Part shown: positions 51,257-62,822 of the stretch, in pieces | How the letters are laid out: the number at the start of each line of letters is the position of its first letter | How positions within the stretch are numbered: the first letter of the stretch is position 1 | From: Hydrurus foetidus | Taxonomy: Eukaryota | Length of the DNA stretch: 64,000 nucleotides | Assembly (NCBI GenBank): GCA_900617105.1 | Contig: UYFQ01000006.1 | Location: forward strand, 372,001 to 436,000 | Direction: 5' to 3' | Notes under the pieces: generated by a model | Seen by the model: only the letters and a program-made list of their open reading frames with translations | Databases searched by the model: none | What the model was told of the DNA's origin: nothing | Program-made: the position numbers and the translations under genes

Positions 51257-52962
51257 CCCACCCCTCCTTCGACTACATCATCATCGGTGCCGGCACCGCT
51301 GGCAGCCTGCTGGCGAATCGCCTGAGTGCCGATAAAACCAAGCGCGTGCTGCTGCTCGAAGCGGGGGGTAAAGACGATTACCACTGGATTCACATCCCCG
51401 TGGGCTACCTCTATTGCATCGGCAACCCGCGCACCGACTGGCTCTACAACACCGAACCCGATGCCGGGCTGAATGGCCGCGTGCTGCGCTACCCGCGCGG
51501 CAAGGTGTTGGGCGGCTGCTCCAGTATCAACGGCATGATCTATATGCGCGGCCAAGCCCGGGATTACGACCACTGGGCCACGCTGACGGGGGACGACACT
51601 TGGCGCTGGGATCAATGCCTGCCTGCCTTCAAGGCACATGAGAGTCACTACAAATTAGATAGCACAATCAGCTTACCTGCAAAGCACAAAGGTGTGAAGA
51701 GCACGGTGAGTTCAGCGTTTGCAGCGCTGCATGGCAGTGGCGGTGAGTGGCGGGTGGAAAAGCAGCGGCTGTCGTGGGATGTGCTCGATGCCTTTGCCCA
51801 AGCTGCGGTGCAGGCAGGCATCCCCGCCACCGATGACTTCAATACCGGCAACAACGAAGGTGTGGGCTACTTTGAGGTCAACCAAAAAGACGGTTTCCGC
51901 TGGAACGCCGCCAAAGCATTTTTGCGCCCCACCTGCTACGGCAGACCGAATTTCGAGATGTGGACAGCGGCCCAAGTGTCACGGCTGGTGGTGGAGAAAC
52001 AAGCCGATGGCAGCCAGCGCTGTACCGGCGTGCAGGTGTGGACAGGCAAAGAAATGGTGACGGTCAACGCTGAGCACGAGTTGATTTTGTGCGCAGGCAG
52101 CATCGGCTCACCACAGATTTTGCAGCTCTCAGGCATCGGGCCAGCGGCGCTGCTGCAACAACACGGCATTACGCCTGTCGCAGATTTACCGGGAGTAGGC
52201 GCCAACTTGCAAGATCATTTGCAGATCCGCGCGGTATTCAAAGTCGAAGGCGTGAAAACGCTGAATACGCTGGCCAGCTCGCTCTGGGGCAAGGCCAAGA
52301 TTGGGTTGGAATACGCCACCAAGCGCACTGGCCCCATGAGCATGGCGCCGTCGCAGTTGGGCGCATTCACCCGCAGCACGCCAGACCAGCCTTACCCGAA
52401 CTTGGAATACCACGTCCAGCCGCTGAGTCTGGACGCTTTTGGCGAGCCGCTGCACAGCTTCCCCGCGTTCACGGCCAGCGTGTGCAATTTGAACCCCACC
52501 AGCCGAGGCACGGTGCAGCTCAAGAGCAACCGTTTTGAAGACGCGCCCGCTATCGCGCCGAATTACCTCAGCACCGCCGAAGACCGCCAAGTGGCGGCCG
52601 ATTCTCTGCGGGTAACGCGCCACATTGCCGCACAACCGGCCCTCGCCAAGTACAAGCCGCAAGAGTGGAAGCCGGGCGTGCAGTTCCAAACCGATGAAGA
52701 ACTCGCCAAGCTGGCAGGTGACATCGCCACCACCATCTTCCACCCGGTGGGCACGACCAAGATGGGCCGCATCATCGGGCTGAATGCCGACCCCATGGCG
52801 GTGGTGGATTCGCGCCTGCGCGTACGCGACATCGCCGGGCTGAGGGTGGTGGACGCAGGCGTGATGCCCAGCATCACCAGCGGCAACACCAACTCGCCCA
52901 CGCTGATGCTGGCAGAAAAAGCAGCCGCTTGGATTCTGGCCGACGCACGGGAAAGCACCTAG
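51253..52962 (+). CDS. GMC oxidoreductase (HpdH-like 3-hydroxypropionate dehydrogenase by context)
   Basis: GAGTAG, RGKVLGGCSSINGM, GANLQDH, FHPVGT, GNTNSP. Lies in a LysR-mmsA context. Confidence 0.85.
   Translation: MTHPSFDYIIIGAGTAGSLLANRLSADKTKRVLLLEAGGKDDYHWIHIPVGYLYCIGNPRTDWLYNTEPDAGLNGRVLRYPRGKVLGGCSSINGMIYMRGQARDYDHWATLTGDDTWRWDQCLPAFKAHESHYKLDSTISLPAKHKGVKSTVSSAFAALHGSGGEWRVEKQRLSWDVLDAFAQAAVQAGIPATDDFNTGNNEGVGYFEVNQKDGFRWNAAKAFLRPTCYGRPNFEMWTAAQVSRLVVEKQADGSQRCTGVQVWTGKEMVTVNAEHELILCAGSIGSPQILQLSGIGPAALLQQHGITPVADLPGVGANLQDHLQIRAVFKVEGVKTLNTLASSLWGKAKIGLEYATKRTGPMSMAPSQLGAFTRSTPDQPYPNLEYHVQPLSLDAFGEPLHSFPAFTASVCNLNPTSRGTVQLKSNRFEDAPAIAPNYLSTAEDRQVAADSLRVTRHIAAQPALAKYKPQEWKPGVQFQTDEELAKLAGDIATTIFHPVGTTKMGRIIGLNADPMAVVDSRLRVRDIAGLRVVDAGVMPSITSGNTNSPTLMLAEKAAAWILADAREST
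51647..51700 (-). repeat. 54-bp bipartite motif inside the GMC gene
   Basis: TCTTCACACCTTTGT GC TTTGCAGGTAA GC TGATTGT GCTAT CTAATTT GTAGT. Confidence 0.65.
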
Positions 52963-53136
52963 GAACTTAGCGCCTACCAGCCGCTATAGTCACGGCATTC
53001 GCAGCTTCCACACGAAGCATGCACGAAGAGGCCGAGGAGACAGACAAGCGGTGGTGTGACAGTTAATCCATAAATACACCCACAGATACCTAAAAATACA
53101 GACAATTTGAAACCTCTCGATCAGGGGTCTCCCAAG

Positions 53137-53165
53137 AAAAGCACCGGCACAACCGGTGCTTTTTT
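53137..53165 (+). terminator. Intrinsic terminator
   Basis: AAAAGCACCGG-CACAA-CCGGTGC-TTTTTT. Confidence 0.8.
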
Positions 53166-53229
53166 CATGGGCGAACGCTTTTCAGCATGCGTGGCCTATT
53201 TCCCCCGCTCCCCCGGCGACAATCTGCGA

Positions 53230-53988
53230 ATGGAACTTTTGATCGTATCGTTGGCGTCGTTATTCGCCGGTTTTGTGGACGCCATCGTCGGTGGTGGTGG
53301 CCTGATTTTGGTGCCAGCCATGTTTGCCACCTTCCCCTCCGCGCCCCCAGCCACGCTCTTGGGCACCAACAAAGGTGCGTCGATCTGGGGCACGGGCGTT
53401 TCGACATGGCAATTCAGCCAGCGAGTGAAAATGCGCTGGGCCAGTTTATTACCTGCTGCTGCTGTTGGTTTTGCCGCGTCATTGGCGGGTGCTTGGTTAG
53501 TCACAGTGGTGTCCCCCGGCTATTTGCGCAAAGCTTTGCCGCTGATTTTGCTGGCGGTGTTGCTGTATACACTGGCTAAAAAGGAGCTGGGCCATGTCCA
53601 CGCACCCCGCTACAGCGGGCGTTCCGAGGTGCTGGCCGCCTGCTGCATTGGCCTGCTTATTGGGTTCTACGACGGCTTTTTTGGCCCTGGCACGGGCAGT
53701 TTCCTGGTGTTTTTGTTTGTCCGCTGGCTGGGCTATGACTTTTTAAACGCCTCAGCCTCTGCCAAGCTGATGAACACCGCCACCAACGCCGCTGCGCTTA
53801 TTCTGCTCACACTGAAAGGTCATGTGTGGTGGCATTACGCCCTGGTGATGGCGGTTGCGAACGTGGTGGGAAGTATGTTGGGTACGCGGCTGGCGCTCAA
53901 GCATGGGGCGGACTTTGTACGCACCGTGTTCATCGCGGTGGTGAGTGCCTTGATTCTGAAAACCGGATACGACGCTTTTTTACGGTGA
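53230..53988 (+). CDS. TSUP (TauE/SafE) family transporter
   Basis: GFVDAIVGGGGLI, GTNK, GFYDGFFGPGTGSF. Confidence 0.9.
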   Translation: MELLIVSLASLFAGFVDAIVGGGGLILVPAMFATFPSAPPATLLGTNKGASIWGTGVSTWQFSQRVKMRWASLLPAAAVGFAASLAGAWLVTVVSPGYLRKALPLILLAVLLYTLAKKELGHVHAPRYSGRSEVLAACCIGLLIGFYDGFFGPGTGSFLVFLFVRWLGYDFLNASASAKLMNTATNAAALILLTLKGHVWWHYALVMAVANVVGSMLGTRLALKHGADFVRTVFIAVVSALILKTGYDAFLR

Positions 53989-56163
53989 CGACGCAGGGGG
54001 CTGTGCTGTAGGGGCCGTGGCTGGAGTCACAGTGGCAACCGGGGTGGGCAACACAGCCACTGGCGGCACCGTAGGCGCTGCGGACGATGATCCGGGCTTG
54101 GCAGTGGGACGAACTGCCGAAGCAGGTGCTACTGGTGCTGAGGCTGTGGACTTCTTCGCTGCAGCCGCAGACGCGACTGTCGCAGGCAACGCAGCCGCTG
54201 CTGCACTCCTCGCCCCTGGAACCTCCAGCGGCAAGGGAATGTCAGCCACCAGACGGGCTGTACCTATAGGCGCAGTGGCTTGGCCCTTGGACACAGCTTC
54301 CATGTCTTCGGCAGAGGGGTATTTGCCCATCAACCAGTAATCAAACACCCGACGGGCGATGGGTGCGGCGCTTTGGGCACCGAAACCGGCGTTCTCCACC
54401 ACCATAGCAAGCGCGATTTGCGGGTTGTCAGCGGGGGCAAAGGCCATGAACAAAGCATGATCGCGATGGCGTTCATCAATTTTCTTGGCATCGTATTTTT
54501 CGTTCGCCTTGATCTGAACCACCTGGGCGGTGCCGGTTTTACCCGCGCTGGTGTACTGCGCACCGCGAAAACTGGTGGCTGACGTGCCTTCGATGTTCAC
54601 GCCCACCAAAGCACGTTTGATAACGGCGATATTGGCGGCTTTGACAGCCAGCTGTCCAACAGGCTCGTGCGCCACCAGCGAACGCTCACGGGTCACGATG
54701 TCCATCACCTCACGTACCAAATGCGGTTTCATCTTCAGGCCATCGTTGGCCAGCGTGGCGGTAGCATGCGCCAGTTGCAGCATGGTGAAGCTGTTGTAGC
54801 CTTGGCCGATGCCCAGCGAGATGGTTTCACCGGCGTACCACCGCTTTTGCTCGGGTTTTTTGTACACCCGACGCTTCCATTCGGTAGAAGGCAGAATGCC
54901 GCGTGATTCACCGAAAATGTCGATGCCAGTAATTTGGCCAAAGCCGAAGGGCTGCATTTGCGCGTGCATCGCATCCACACCCAAGTCGTTGGCCAGCAAA
55001 TAGTAATAGGTATCACATGACTGCACGATAGAGCGGTACATGTCCACCGAGCCGTGCCCACCTTCTTTGTCGTCGCGAAAACGGTGACCACCAAAGTTGA
55101 AATAACCAGGGTCCAAAATCGTCATCTGCGGCGTGCGCTTGCCGGTTTCCAGGCCTGCCAAGGCCATGAAGGGCTTGTAAGTGGAGCCGGGGGGATAGGT
55201 CCCCCGCAGCGCACGGTTGAGCAATGGCTTGTCGGGCGACTCATTCAACGCCGCCCAGTTCTCGGAATCAATGCCTTCGACAAACAAGTTGGGGTCGAAC
55301 GTGGGTTTGCTGACGAAGGCCAGTACTTCGCCGGTTTTAGGCTCGATAGCGACCATCGCACCGCGCCGGTCGCCGTACAGGTCTTCAATCATTTTTTGCA
55401 GCTTGATGTCCAACGCCAGCGATACCGTGTTGCCCGGCGTGGCGGGGTTACTTTGCAGGCGGCGCACCGCCCGGCCACCGGCAGAGGTTTCCACCTGATC
55501 GACACCCGTCAAACCGTGCAATTGCTGCTCGTAACTTTGCTCCACGCCCAGCTTGCCGATGTACTCGGTGCCTCGGTAGTTGGATTCGTCGTCCGAGTCT
55601 TCGATGCGCTCTTTTTCAGCCCGGTTGATACGGCCTATGTAGCCGATCACATGGCTGCCCACTGCGCCGTAGGGGTAGTTGCGGAACAACCGGGCCTTGA
55701 TCTCAACACCGGGAAAGCGAAAGCGCTGGGCGGCGAATTTAGCCACCTCCACCTCGCTCAAGCGGGTGCGTATCGGTAGCGACTCAAAATTACGCGATTC
55801 ATCGGCCAGCTTTTTAAACCGACGGCGGTCACGCGGCAAGATGTCTACCACCTGGGCCAAGCGGTCAATCGTTTCTTCCAAAACCCCGGCTTTAGAAGGC
55901 GTGATCTCTAACGTGTAAGCGGAATAATTGGATGCCAACACCACGTTGTTGCGGTCCAAAATCAAACCCCGGTTGGGCACGATGGGCACGACGGCCGTGC
56001 GGTTGCTCTCAGCTTGTTCGTGCAAGTCTTCGTAGCGGTAGACCTGCAAATAGACCAAGCGGGCCACCAAGAGCGAGAACGCCAACATCACCATCAGCCC
56101 CGCGACCACCACACGCATGCGAAAGCGTGAGAGGTCGTTTTGGACGTTGCGAAGTTCAGTCAT
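53980..56163 (-). CDS. mrdA: Penicillin-binding protein 2
   Basis: PGSTYK (SxxK), SCD, KTGTAQ; follows mreD. Confidence 0.95.
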   Translation of the reverse strand: MTELRNVQNDLSRFRMRVVVAGLMVMLAFSLLVARLVYLQVYRYEDLHEQAESNRTAVVPIVPNRGLILDRNNVVLASNYSAYTLEITPSKAGVLEETIDRLAQVVDILPRDRRRFKKLADESRNFESLPIRTRLSEVEVAKFAAQRFRFPGVEIKARLFRNYPYGAVGSHVIGYIGRINRAEKERIEDSDDESNYRGTEYIGKLGVEQSYEQQLHGLTGVDQVETSAGGRAVRRLQSNPATPGNTVSLALDIKLQKMIEDLYGDRRGAMVAIEPKTGEVLAFVSKPTFDPNLFVEGIDSENWAALNESPDKPLLNRALRGTYPPGSTYKPFMALAGLETGKRTPQMTILDPGYFNFGGHRFRDDKEGGHGSVDMYRSIVQSCDTYYYLLANDLGVDAMHAQMQPFGFGQITGIDIFGESRGILPSTEWKRRVYKKPEQKRWYAGETISLGIGQGYNSFTMLQLAHATATLANDGLKMKPHLVREVMDIVTRERSLVAHEPVGQLAVKAANIAVIKRALVGVNIEGTSATSFRGAQYTSAGKTGTAQVVQIKANEKYDAKKIDERHRDHALFMAFAPADNPQIALAMVVENAGFGAQSAAPIARRVFDYWLMGKYPSAEDMEAVSKGQATAPIGTARLVADIPLPLEVPGARSAAAAALPATVASAAAAKKSTASAPVAPASAVRPTAKPGSSSAAPTVPPVAVLPTPVATVTPATAPTAQPPASSP

Positions 56164-56196
56164 GGTCAGTCATGGCGTAGCCAACAGGCGCGGTGC

Positions 56197-56727
56197 TCAC
56201 AGCGGCCGGTTCTTGTCCGGGTCGGGCGCCCTGAGTTGCGGTGCAAGCAGCACCACACTGACCACGGGCCACAGCACCGTTTCGGCCACAGGGGCCAACA
56301 GCACCTCCCAACCTGGGAATATGCCGCCACCCAACAGCCGAATACCCAACTCAATCGCGTGCGCCACAAAAAACAGCGGCATCACCTGGAGCGCCTGCGT
56401 CGGCACCGAGAACCACAGCAGGCGCAAGTGAATCAACACCGCCAAGTAGCACAGCACGCTGTACGAGAGTGCGTGCTGACCCAGCAGGGCCGTCTGGTGA
56501 ACGTCCATGCACAGGCCAAAGAAAAAGGCCACCCCAATGCTGACGCGCTGTGGCTGGTGAACCGTCCAAAACACCAACACGATGGCCACCAAGTCCGGCG
56601 CCCAGACCGCACGGCCCCACAGGCCCATGGTCTGTACAAAATTCAGCAGCAGCGCCACGATCAGGCTGAAGCCAATGAACACCGGGTTCACGGGCAACAG
56701 CAGCGGCTGGCCTTTTCGCATAATCAT
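56197..56727 (-). CDS. mreD: Rod shape-determining protein MreD
   Basis: Hydrophobic; GLCMDV...LGQHAL; operon position. Confidence 0.9.
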   Translation of the reverse strand: MIMRKGQPLLLPVNPVFIGFSLIVALLLNFVQTMGLWGRAVWAPDLVAIVLVFWTVHQPQRVSIGVAFFFGLCMDVHQTALLGQHALSYSVLCYLAVLIHLRLLWFSVPTQALQVMPLFFVAHAIELGIRLLGGGIFPGWEVLLAPVAETVLWPVVSVVLLAPQLRAPDPDKNRPL

Positions 56728-56729
56728 GC

Positions 56730-57644
56730 TTAGCCCCGTCCTTTTTTGGTGACTGGTGCAGGCTCAGGCGCGGGGCGCGGTGGGATCTGCTCGCCCACGG
56801 GTGTCAACACCAGCACATGCCGAGGCCCAGCGACCAACGCTTTGGGTACGCAGTAAATTTTGGCAAAGGCGGAATCGGCACGCCGCTCCACACGGTCAAC
56901 TTGGGCCACAGGCAAACCAGGTGGGTACACGCCGTCGATGCCACTGGTGGTGAGCAAATCGCCCACCTGCACGTCCGCATTGCCGGCCATGAAGCGCAAC
57001 TCCAGCACGCCGCCTCGGGTCGTTGGGTCGCCAAAGGCCACGCTGCGGGCACCGGTACGGGTGTTGAGCACAGGAATAGCCTGCTCGCGGTCGGTGATGA
57101 GGGTGACTTCACTCACCAAGGGCAGCACCCGCGTGACCTGGCCCAGCACGCCCAATTCATCCGTCACCGGCGAGCCGAGTACCACGTTGTGCGTCATGCC
57201 TTTGTCGATCACCACTTTGCGGGTGTAAGGGTCAGGCGCGTCGTAAAGCACCTCAGCGGCGATGGCCTCGGTCTTCAGTTGCCCGCGCAAATCGAGCAGT
57301 TGGCGCAAGCGGGTGTTCTCTAACGACAACTGCTCCACCTGCCCTGCGCGTTGCGACTGCAAGGCCAGTTTTTTGCGGGTTGCCGCCTCAGACGACAGCG
57401 CCGTCTCTAGCGATTCAAAATGGCCTGCGCCTTGCCCCACCATGCGGCTGGGCCACAAAGCCATTGCCTGAACGGGATAGAGCGCAGTGGCAATCACCGC
57501 ACGCAACGGCGCGGTGAGGTGCAACCGCACATCGGCCACCATCAAAAACAGGGCCAATGCGCTGCAAAAAATGAGCTTGGACAGGGGCGACGGCCCCTGC
57601 TTGAAGAAGGGCGGCGGCGACCTGTCCAGGGAACCCAGCGGCAT
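56730..57644 (-). CDS. mreC: Rod shape-determining protein MreC
   Basis: ENTRLRQLL coiled coil; GDLLTTSGIDGVYPPG. Confidence 0.93.
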   Translation of the reverse strand: MPLGSLDRSPPPFFKQGPSPLSKLIFCSALALFLMVADVRLHLTAPLRAVIATALYPVQAMALWPSRMVGQGAGHFESLETALSSEAATRKKLALQSQRAGQVEQLSLENTRLRQLLDLRGQLKTEAIAAEVLYDAPDPYTRKVVIDKGMTHNVVLGSPVTDELGVLGQVTRVLPLVSEVTLITDREQAIPVLNTRTGARSVAFGDPTTRGGVLELRFMAGNADVQVGDLLTTSGIDGVYPPGLPVAQVDRVERRADSAFAKIYCVPKALVAGPRHVLVLTPVGEQIPPRPAPEPAPVTKKGRG

Positions 57645-57668
57645 CGTGGTGCCCGTGCAGCCAGCCGC

Positions 57669-58814
<1,146 letters not shown>

Positions 58815-58932
58815 TCAAGCCAAAGGCGGGATAATACCGCACCCCTGTGAATAACTTCTGACGAATGCTGACGAATCAGCGCAAACCAGGGCCGAAAACG
58901 CTTTAAAACACGCCTTTTGGCACACTCAATTT

Positions 58933-59232
58933 ATGGCCCTCACCTTTACCGATATTGACCGGATTGCCCAATTGGCGCAACTGGCGCTGCAACCCGCAGA
59001 GCGCGAGCGTATGCACACCCAAATCAACGGTTTCTTTGACATCGTGGAGCAAATGCGTGCCGTGGACACCACCGGCGTCGAGCCACTGGCCCACCCCGTG
59101 GCCGCGATGCAAGACATCCAACTGCGCCTGCGTGCGGATGTGGTCAGCGAACCGAACCAGCGCGAAGCCAACCAGCGCAGCGCCCCAGCCGTCGAGCGCG
59201 GCCTGTTTCTCGTCCCCAAGGTGATCGAATGA
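58933..59232 (+). CDS. gatC: Asp/Glu-tRNA amidotransferase subunit C
   Basis: IAQLAQL...VDTTGVEP...FLVPKVIE. Confidence 0.93.
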   Translation: MALTFTDIDRIAQLAQLALQPAERERMHTQINGFFDIVEQMRAVDTTGVEPLAHPVAAMQDIQLRLRADVVSEPNQREANQRSAPAVERGLFLVPKVIE

Positions 59233-60710
59233 GCATGTCTTGCGCCCCCCTTCATGACTTGAGCATCACTCAGCTCGCCGCCCGCCTGCGCGAACGCGAC
59301 ATTTCAGCGGTCGAAACGGCCCAGCATTTCCTCGCTCGCGCCAAAACCTACGCCAATTTGGGCTGCTATGTGGCCACCAATGAAGCCGTCACCCTGGCCC
59401 AGGCCCGCGCCGCTGACGCCCGCTTGGCCGCCGGGGACGCCACCCCGCTGCTCGGCGTGCCTATCGCCCACAAAGACATCTTTGTCACCCAAGACTTCCC
59501 CAGCACGGCAGGCTCCAAAATTTTGGAAGGCTATTACTCACCTTTTGATAGCACCATAAGCTCATCTTTAAAGGGAATGGGCATGGTTGCGCTGGGAAAA
59601 CTCAATTGCGACGAGTTCGCGATGGGTTCCAGCAACGAGAACTCGGCCTACGGCAATGTCAAAAACCCGTGGGACACCGCCCGCATCCCCGGCGGCTCCT
59701 CGGGTGGCAGCGCCGCCGCCGTGGCCGCTCGCCTCACGCCAGCGGCCACCGGCACCGACACCGGCGGCTCCATCCGCCAACCGGCCAGCTTTTGCGGCAT
59801 CACCGGCATCAAGCCCACCTATGGCCGCGCTTCCCGCTACGGGATGATCGCCTTCGCCTCCAGCCTTGACCAGGGTGGCCCGATGGCCCGCAGCGCCGAA
59901 GACTGCGCCTTGCTGCTCAGCGCCATGTGCGGCCCCGACCTTGACCGAGACTCCACCTCGCTGGACGTGCCCGCTGAAGACTTCAGCCGCGATCTGAATG
60001 CCCCCATCAACGGCCTGCGCATCGGCATCCCCAAAGAGTTCTTTGGCGAAGGCTTGTCCGCTGACGTGCGCAGCGCCGTGGATGCGGCACTGGCCGAATA
60101 CGAAAAGCTCGGGGCCAAGCTGGTGCCCATCAGCCTGCCGCGCACCGAGTTGTCTATTCCCGTGTACTACATCATCGCGCCCGCTGAAGCGTCCAGCAAC
60201 CTGAGCCGTTTTGACGGTGTGAAGTTCGGCCACCGCGCCGCCCAATACACCGATTTGCGTGACATGTACCGCCAAACCCGCACCGAAGGCTTTGGTGAAG
60301 AGGTCAAACGCCGCATCATGATCGGTACCTACGTGCTGAGTCACGGCTACTACGACGCTTACTACCTGCAAGCGCAAAAAATCCGCCGCATGATTGCCGA
60401 CGACTTCCAACAGGCCTTCCAGCAGTGCGACGTGATCGCTGGCCCCGTCGCCCCCACCGTCGCCTGGAAATTAGGCGAAAAATCGGACGACCCGGTCGCC
60501 AACTACCTCGCCGACATCTTCACCCTGCCCGCCTCCTTGGCCGGCCTGCCCGGCATGAGCGTACCTTGCGGTTTTGGCGAAGGCGGCATGCCTGTGGGCT
60601 TGCAGCTGATTGGCAACTACTTTGCCGAGGCCAAATTGCTGAACGCGGCGCATGCGTTGCAGCAGGCTACTGACTTTCATTTGCGCCAGCCAGAAGGCTT
60701 TTCATCATGA
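59229..60710 (+). CDS. gatA: Asp/Glu-tRNA amidotransferase subunit A
   Basis: Amidase signature [21 protein letters not shown]. Confidence 0.96.
   Translation: MSMSCAPLHDLSITQLAARLRERDISAVETAQHFLARAKTYANLGCYVATNEAVTLAQARAADARLAAGDATPLLGVPIAHKDIFVTQDFPSTAGSKILEGYYSPFDSTISSSLKGMGMVALGKLNCDEFAMGSSNENSAYGNVKNPWDTARIPGGSSGGSAAAVAARLTPAATGTDTGGSIRQPASFCGITGIKPTYGRASRYGMIAFASSLDQGGPMARSAEDCALLLSAMCGPDLDRDSTSLDVPAEDFSRDLNAPINGLRIGIPKEFFGEGLSADVRSAVDAALAEYEKLGAKLVPISLPRTELSIPVYYIIAPAEASSNLSRFDGVKFGHRAAQYTDLRDMYRQTRTEGFGEEVKRRIMIGTYVLSHGYYDAYYLQAQKIRRMIADDFQQAFQQCDVIAGPVAPTVAWKLGEKSDDPVANYLADIFTLPASLAGLPGMSVPCGFGEGGMPVGLQLIGNYFAEAKLLNAAHALQQATDFHLRQPEGFSS
59536..59589 (-). repeat. Degenerate 54-bp bipartite motif inside gatA
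   Basis: CAACCATGCCCATTC CC TTTAAAGATGA GC TTATGGT GCTAT CAAAAGG TGAGT; an AT-rich patch in a GC-rich gene. Confidence 0.5.
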
Positions 60711-62191
60711 GCACCGTTATTGAATCCTCCGTCCCACCCGTCGGCCCACTGGTGCGCGGCTTTGAAGTCGTCATCGGCTTCGAAACCCATACCCAGCTGA
60801 CCACCCAGTCCAAAATTTTCAGCCGCTCGTCCACCGCCTTCGGTGCCGAGCCGAACACCCAGGCCAGCGCTGTTGATTTGGCCTTGCCCGGCACGCTGCC
60901 GGTGATGAACAAAGGTGCCGTCGAACGTGCTATCGAGTTCGGTTTGGCCGTTGGCTCGCACATTGGCGAAGTCAGCATCTTTTCGCGCAAAAACTACTTC
61001 TATCCTGATCTGCCCAAGGGCTACCAGATCACGCAGTTTGAAATCCCCGTGGTGCAAGGCGGTGCAGTGGAGTTTTTTCTCGGTGATGAGAAAAAATCGG
61101 TGCGTTTGGTGCGTGCCCACCTGGAAGAAGACGCGGGTAAATCACTGCATGAAGATTTTGTGGATCAATCAGGCATTGACCTGAACCGCGCTGGTACGCC
61201 GCTGCTGGAAATCGTCACCGAGCCGGACATGCGCTCCAGCGCTGAAGCGGTGGCCTACGCCAAAGAGCTGCACAAGATCGTCACCTGGATTGGCATTTGC
61301 GACGGCAACATGCAAGAAGGCAGCTTCCGGTGCGATGCCAACGTCTCGGTGCGCCGCCCCGGTGCCCCGCTGGGTACGCGGCGCGAAATCAAGAACTTGA
61401 ACAGCTTCAAGTTCATGCAGCAAGCGATTGACTACGAGATTCGCTGGCAGATTGAAGAAATCGAAGATGGCCGCGCCATCCAGCAGGCTACTGTCTTGTT
61501 TGACCCTGACAACGGCGAAACCCGTGCCATGCGCACCAAGGAAGATGCCGCCGATTACCGCTACTTCCCTGACCCTGACCTGCCACCCTTGCGGATTGAG
61601 CGTGCCTGGGTAGAGCGCGTGCGTGCCGCGATGACCGAGTTGCCCCGTGTGATGGCTGAGCGCTTTGTGCGTGACTACGGTCTGCCCGAGTACGACGCGG
61701 CACAACTCACCCAAAGCAAAGCCATAGCGGCTTACTTTGAGACAGCCACACGCAGCTGCGGACAGGCCAAGCTGGTCAGCAACTGGACGATGGGTGAGCT
61801 GTCACGTCGCCTGAACGCGGACGACATCGGTCTGGAACAGTCGCCAATTGCACCCTTGCAACTGGCCGCATTGATCCAGCGGATTGCCGACAACACCATC
61901 TCCAACAACGCTGCCAAGCAAGTGTTCGATGCCCTCTGGACGGGGGCGGGCAACGATGTGGATGCCGTGATTGAAGCGCTGGGTCTCAAGCAAATGGACG
62001 ACTCCAGCGCCTTGGAAGCCATCATCGTCGAGGTGATGGCGGCGAACGCCAAAAATGTCGAGGAATACCGCGCAGGCAAAGAAAAGGCGTTCAACGCCCT
62101 CGTCGGTCAGGTCATGAAAGGCAGCAAAGGCAAAGCCAACCCAGCGCAGGTCAACGCGTTGCTGAAACAGAAGCTGACCACAGCGGCTTGA
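60707..62191 (+). CDS. gatB: Asp/Glu-tRNA amidotransferase subunit B
   Basis: [42 protein letters not shown]. Confidence 0.97.
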   Translation: MSTVIESSVPPVGPLVRGFEVVIGFETHTQLTTQSKIFSRSSTAFGAEPNTQASAVDLALPGTLPVMNKGAVERAIEFGLAVGSHIGEVSIFSRKNYFYPDLPKGYQITQFEIPVVQGGAVEFFLGDEKKSVRLVRAHLEEDAGKSLHEDFVDQSGIDLNRAGTPLLEIVTEPDMRSSAEAVAYAKELHKIVTWIGICDGNMQEGSFRCDANVSVRRPGAPLGTRREIKNLNSFKFMQQAIDYEIRWQIEEIEDGRAIQQATVLFDPDNGETRAMRTKEDAADYRYFPDPDLPPLRIERAWVERVRAAMTELPRVMAERFVRDYGLPEYDAAQLTQSKAIAAYFETATRSCGQAKLVSNWTMGELSRRLNADDIGLEQSPIAPLQLAALIQRIADNTISNNAAKQVFDALWTGAGNDVDAVIEALGLKQMDDSSALEAIIVEVMAANAKNVEEYRAGKEKAFNALVGQVMKGSKGKANPAQVNALLKQKLTTAA

Positions 62192-62792
62192 GTTTGATCA
62201 GCTCTTCATCAAACCGGGCATTGACCCGGTTTTTTTCAAGCTCTTGATCGGCCGCAAAGCGCTTTTGTAGTGCCACATTGCTCGTGTTCTCTTCCATTTG
62301 CCGCTTCAACGCCACCGGCGCTTTGGCGGGATCCCGCTTATAGAACTCCATTTCCGTGTCCAGCTTTTGGCGCTGTAGTCCAAGCTCCGTCACCTGCTTG
62401 ACCGCCGACTTCATGATCTCGTCGATTTGCACAAGCGACGCAACACGCACCCGATCGTGCGCGGTGGCATTGGGATAACGGGAAAGTAGCGCCTTGTCGC
62501 GCCGCCGCTCTTCATTTTGGCGGCTGATTTCGAGGTGAGCAGCTTGCACTTTTTCGTCCTGAACCGCCTGCTCTTTCGCGGTGAGTGTGGGGCCGATTTG
62601 ACGCTTGACGGAGCCACTCGCATTCAGCTCGCGCTGCTCGCGGTCATTGCACTCGGGGATAGGGCGGTCTGAGGTGATTTTGCGACCGTGACTATCGACG
62701 CAGGTGAATATGCCCTGGGCTGATGTAAGTCCCACACTGGCATACACAGTGACATACACGATGCTCCACCGCGCTGAACGAATGGCCTTCAC
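62151..62792 (-). CDS. DUF4124-like exported protein
   Basis: Signal-like N-terminus, [21 protein letters not shown], long coiled coil. Confidence 0.7.
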   Translation of the reverse strand: MKAIRSARWSIVYVTVYASVGLTSAQGIFTCVDSHGRKITSDRPIPECNDREQRELNASGSVKRQIGPTLTAKEQAVQDEKVQAAHLEISRQNEERRRDKALLSRYPNATAHDRVRVASLVQIDEIMKSAVKQVTELGLQRQKLDTEMEFYKRDPAKAPVALKRQMEENTSNVALQKRFAADQELEKNRVNARFDEELIKLKPLWSASVSATR

Positions 62793-62822
62793 TCACAGAG
62801 CCTCGGTTAACTTTTACACCAT

